Assembly (NCBI GenBank): GCA_963737635.1
Contig: CAVTTL010000001.1
Coordinates: 1,408,001 to 1,472,000 of the forward strand
Length of the DNA stretch: 64,000 nucleotides
Direction: 5' to 3'
From: an uncultured Methanoregulaceae archaeon
GTDB lineage: Archaea; Halobacteriota; Methanomicrobia; Methanomicrobiales; Methanospirillaceae
This document shows positions 61,874 through 64,000 of this stretch, piece by piece. The notes beneath the pieces were generated by a model. The model had not been told where the DNA came from, did not search any database, and worked only from the letters and a program-made list of their open reading frames with translations. Position 1 is the first letter of the stretch. The number at the start of each line of letters is the position of its first letter. A program made the position numbers and the translations under genes.

Positions 61874-63130
61874 TCAAACCTTCACATCGGTGACGGTAAA
61901 CCCGCTGCTCTGGAGGGCATACCGGAGCATGACGTCCTGGATCGAGCCTTTTCCCGGTGCTGCAATCACCAGCGGTTTACCGGCATCGGATCGCTCTTTA
62001 GCCCATGTGGCAAAACTCTGCCAATCGGTGGCAGGTGCACCTTTTGTTACGACAAGACCGCTTCCCAAATTGTCGATTGGGTAAGCGATGGTGACCGGCG
62101 TACCTATATCGATGGCGTTAATCGCTGGTGGGACACCCACATAGGACATCTGGATTGAGTTTGTCGCAGCGAGCTGCATCAGGTTTGGCCCTGCATTTGC
62201 CGGGACAAGGTTGACGGTGGCGACTTTCTGGCCGTTTACGAGGAAGTCAGCGACATCCGGTTTTGCTTTTGTTGGATCCTCGGGCTTGAGGGCAATACCG
62301 TATGTGGCATTAAAGTACTGCCAATCCTTGACCGCGACAAAGAGTGCGGAATGATCCACTGCCATCAGGTACCCGACGCTTACCGGGCTCTTCAGGGGTG
62401 CAGGTGTGGTAATGTTCTTCGAGGTGATGATGGCTTGTGCGTTCTGGTACGGCTGGAAGTTATAGAGTACGGAATCGGGGTTGGAACTGTTCTTGACAAA
62501 ACCCTTGACGGATCCAATGCCGATGAGAGCCTGCACAAAATCCGTAGTACTTGCCTTCCACGAATCCGATGGATTGTTAGTGAACTCTATAGTCGGTATT
62601 GCGTTGGTGACAACGGTCACTGAGGATACGCTCACGTTTCCGTACGTGAAATTCTGTTTTCCCGCAAGCCAGTCGGCAGCGATCCCGGCAGATTCCTGTG
62701 GGTGGTCGTTGATATATTGCGTAGCGGCGAGATTGAGTGCGGAGAAGTCGTTGACGAAATCCGGATTCTGGGCGTAGAAGTCATTTCTTACCACAAAGAC
62801 ATTCTGCGGGTGATTACTCCATTCACCGGCAGGTGGAAGATCCTTTGAATAGACCGCGACTTGGCCGATGTTACTTTCCACTCCTGCCTCAACTACTGGC
62901 TGCCATGCGATATACCCGTCGATCTGGCTGGTTGCAAGAAGGGGCGGCATCGGGCCGACACCGGCGGTCTCAATGATACCTACCGTCCCGTTGGGTGCCG
63001 CCGCGGATGCCGGGGATGCAGCGCTTTGCGAGGAACCGGCAGACTGGGTGCAGCCGGTTACGAGCAATACAAGAATAAGAGCAAACGCAAGAAAGGCGAT
63101 TGCCGTGATCTTCATGGCTTTCATACGCAC
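61874..63130 (-). CDS. NitT/TauT-family ABC substrate-binding lipoprotein, circularly permuted
   Basis: Lipobox VTGC; IDGYIAWQP and HP..V occur before GYL..DH.ALFVA, GP.L and GSIQD..LR. Confidence 0.8.
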   Translation of the reverse strand: MRMKAMKITAIAFLAFALILVLLVTGCTQSAGSSQSAASPASAAAPNGTVGIIETAGVGPMPPLLATSQIDGYIAWQPVVEAGVESNIGQVAVYSKDLPPAGEWSNHPQNVFVVRNDFYAQNPDFVNDFSALNLAATQYINDHPQESAGIAADWLAGKQNFTYGNVSVSSVTVVTNAIPTIEFTNNPSDSWKASTTDFVQALIGIGSVKGFVKNSSNPDSVLYNFQPYQNAQAIITSKNITTPAPLKSPVSVGYLMAVDHSALFVAVKDWQYFNATYGIALKPEDPTKAKPDVADFLVNGQKVATVNLVPANAGPNLMQLAATNSIQMSYVGVPPAINAIDIGTPVTIAYPIDNLGSGLVVTKGAPATDWQSFATWAKERSDAGKPLVIAAPGKGSIQDVMLRYALQSSGFTVTDVKV

Positions 63131-63310
63131 GAGTTATCCGGGAGATAATAAAAAAGTGTGCGATTCAGGCAATTTTTTTGTCTGTTTGGATAAAAAATCT
63201 CATAAAAAACGACAACTGGATAATTTTATGTTTTAATTGTCCAACAATCATATTTTTCGGTACATTAGTGGCAATGTTTTCTCTCATTTTGACCCAATTG
63301 TAGTTTTATT

Positions 63311-63844
63311 ATGCTTTCTACTGACCCAGTCGACCGCCTCATGCGAGCTGCCCTCACCTCTGACGAAGTATTTGTTACGACGCTGAATGATATTTTGAAA
63401 AATGATCTCCGGATCAGTGTCCGGGACCTTGCAGAACACTGCGGGATTGCCCAGAGCTCTCTTTATAAAATCCTGCATGGGAGACGCTTGCCCAACCTCT
63501 CGACTCTGAGGGAGATCGTACGTGCCCTGCGCCAGTTCTATCACATCGGTGACGAGAACTTTATCGGCCTTATCGCCGCCCGGCCCGTACTTGAGAGCGT
63601 GGAGGAATGCCTTGCTGATGTGGACGGCCATCGTATGCGGGTCCGGGAATACCCGGTTCACACGATGGAGGATGCGATCGTCGCCGCAGTTCGTGCAGAA
63701 CGAGAAGGGGCGATCGCGATCGTCTGCGCTCCTATAGTCTCCAGTATCATCGAGCAGCTGGTCCACGTGCCGGTAGCAACGATCATCCCCCGGGAATCAG
63801 TCCAGCAAGCGATCGAACTTGCCGCCCGGAAGGCGTGGATTTAA
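63311..63844 (+). CDS. XRE-type HTH transcriptional regulator
   Basis: SVRDLAEHCGIAQSSLYKIL.G..PNLSTL HTH plus a C-terminal AIVCAPI domain; divergent from the ABC operon. Confidence 0.8.
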   Translation: MLSTDPVDRLMRAALTSDEVFVTTLNDILKNDLRISVRDLAEHCGIAQSSLYKILHGRRLPNLSTLREIVRALRQFYHIGDENFIGLIAARPVLESVEECLADVDGHRMRVREYPVHTMEDAIVAAVRAEREGAIAIVCAPIVSSIIEQLVHVPVATIIPRESVQQAIELAARKAWI

Positions 63845-63894
63845 TCGATCCGCGCACACACATGAATGTACATTAATATGGTGAGGGAAAACGG

Positions 63895-64000
63895 ATGCGG
63901 ACCGATGTTGTGAGACTTGGACGCCTTTCTGGGGAGAGGACGGGAGAGATGATGCGCTTTCTCTCGTCGATGCGATCCGACCGCTGTATTGCTGATGCCG
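63895..64000 (+). CDS. argH: Start of a gene truncated by the window edge, probably argininosuccinate lyase
   Basis: MRTDVVRLGRLSGERTGEMMRFLSSMRSDRCIADA resembles the ArgH N-terminus (GR....F.SS...D...D); only 35 codons are visible. Confidence 0.55.
   Translation, partial: MRTDVVRLGRLSGERTGEMMRFLSSMRSDRCIADA

Overview
Archaeal DNA from a hydrogenotrophic methanogen, most likely Methanomicrobiales (Methanoregula-like), inferred from mch, aEF-1alpha, archaeal ribosomal proteins, AglB, CetZ and a Cas1-solo gene. Most of the window is core genome: N-glycosylation, an oxidative-stress block with catalase and the Ahb heme pathway, cdc6, mch, thrC, ribosomal genes, cob genes, paaK paralogues, kor/suc/fum and an ABC importer. 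An AT-rich stretch at about 39.6-53.1 kb holds the most unusual material: a stand-alone, apparently catalytically dead Cas1 (no cas2, array or casposon genes), a candidate C/D-box sRNA directly upstream of it, a second acylphosphatase, a ~1185-aa alpha-solenoid protein, an IS5-family element with TIRs and an 8-bp TSD, a Xis-like HTH gene, a XerA-like recombinase preceded by repeated palindromes, and tRNA-Gln(UUG). Other notable items are a circularly permuted ABC substrate-binding protein, a 37-bp direct repeat plus a 13-bp inverted repeat bracketing the redox block, and a probable CTG start codon. About 12 genes, including essential tuf, carry single-base frameshifts that are probably sequencing or assembly errors. 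No CRISPR array was seen. All calls were made by eye without database searches.
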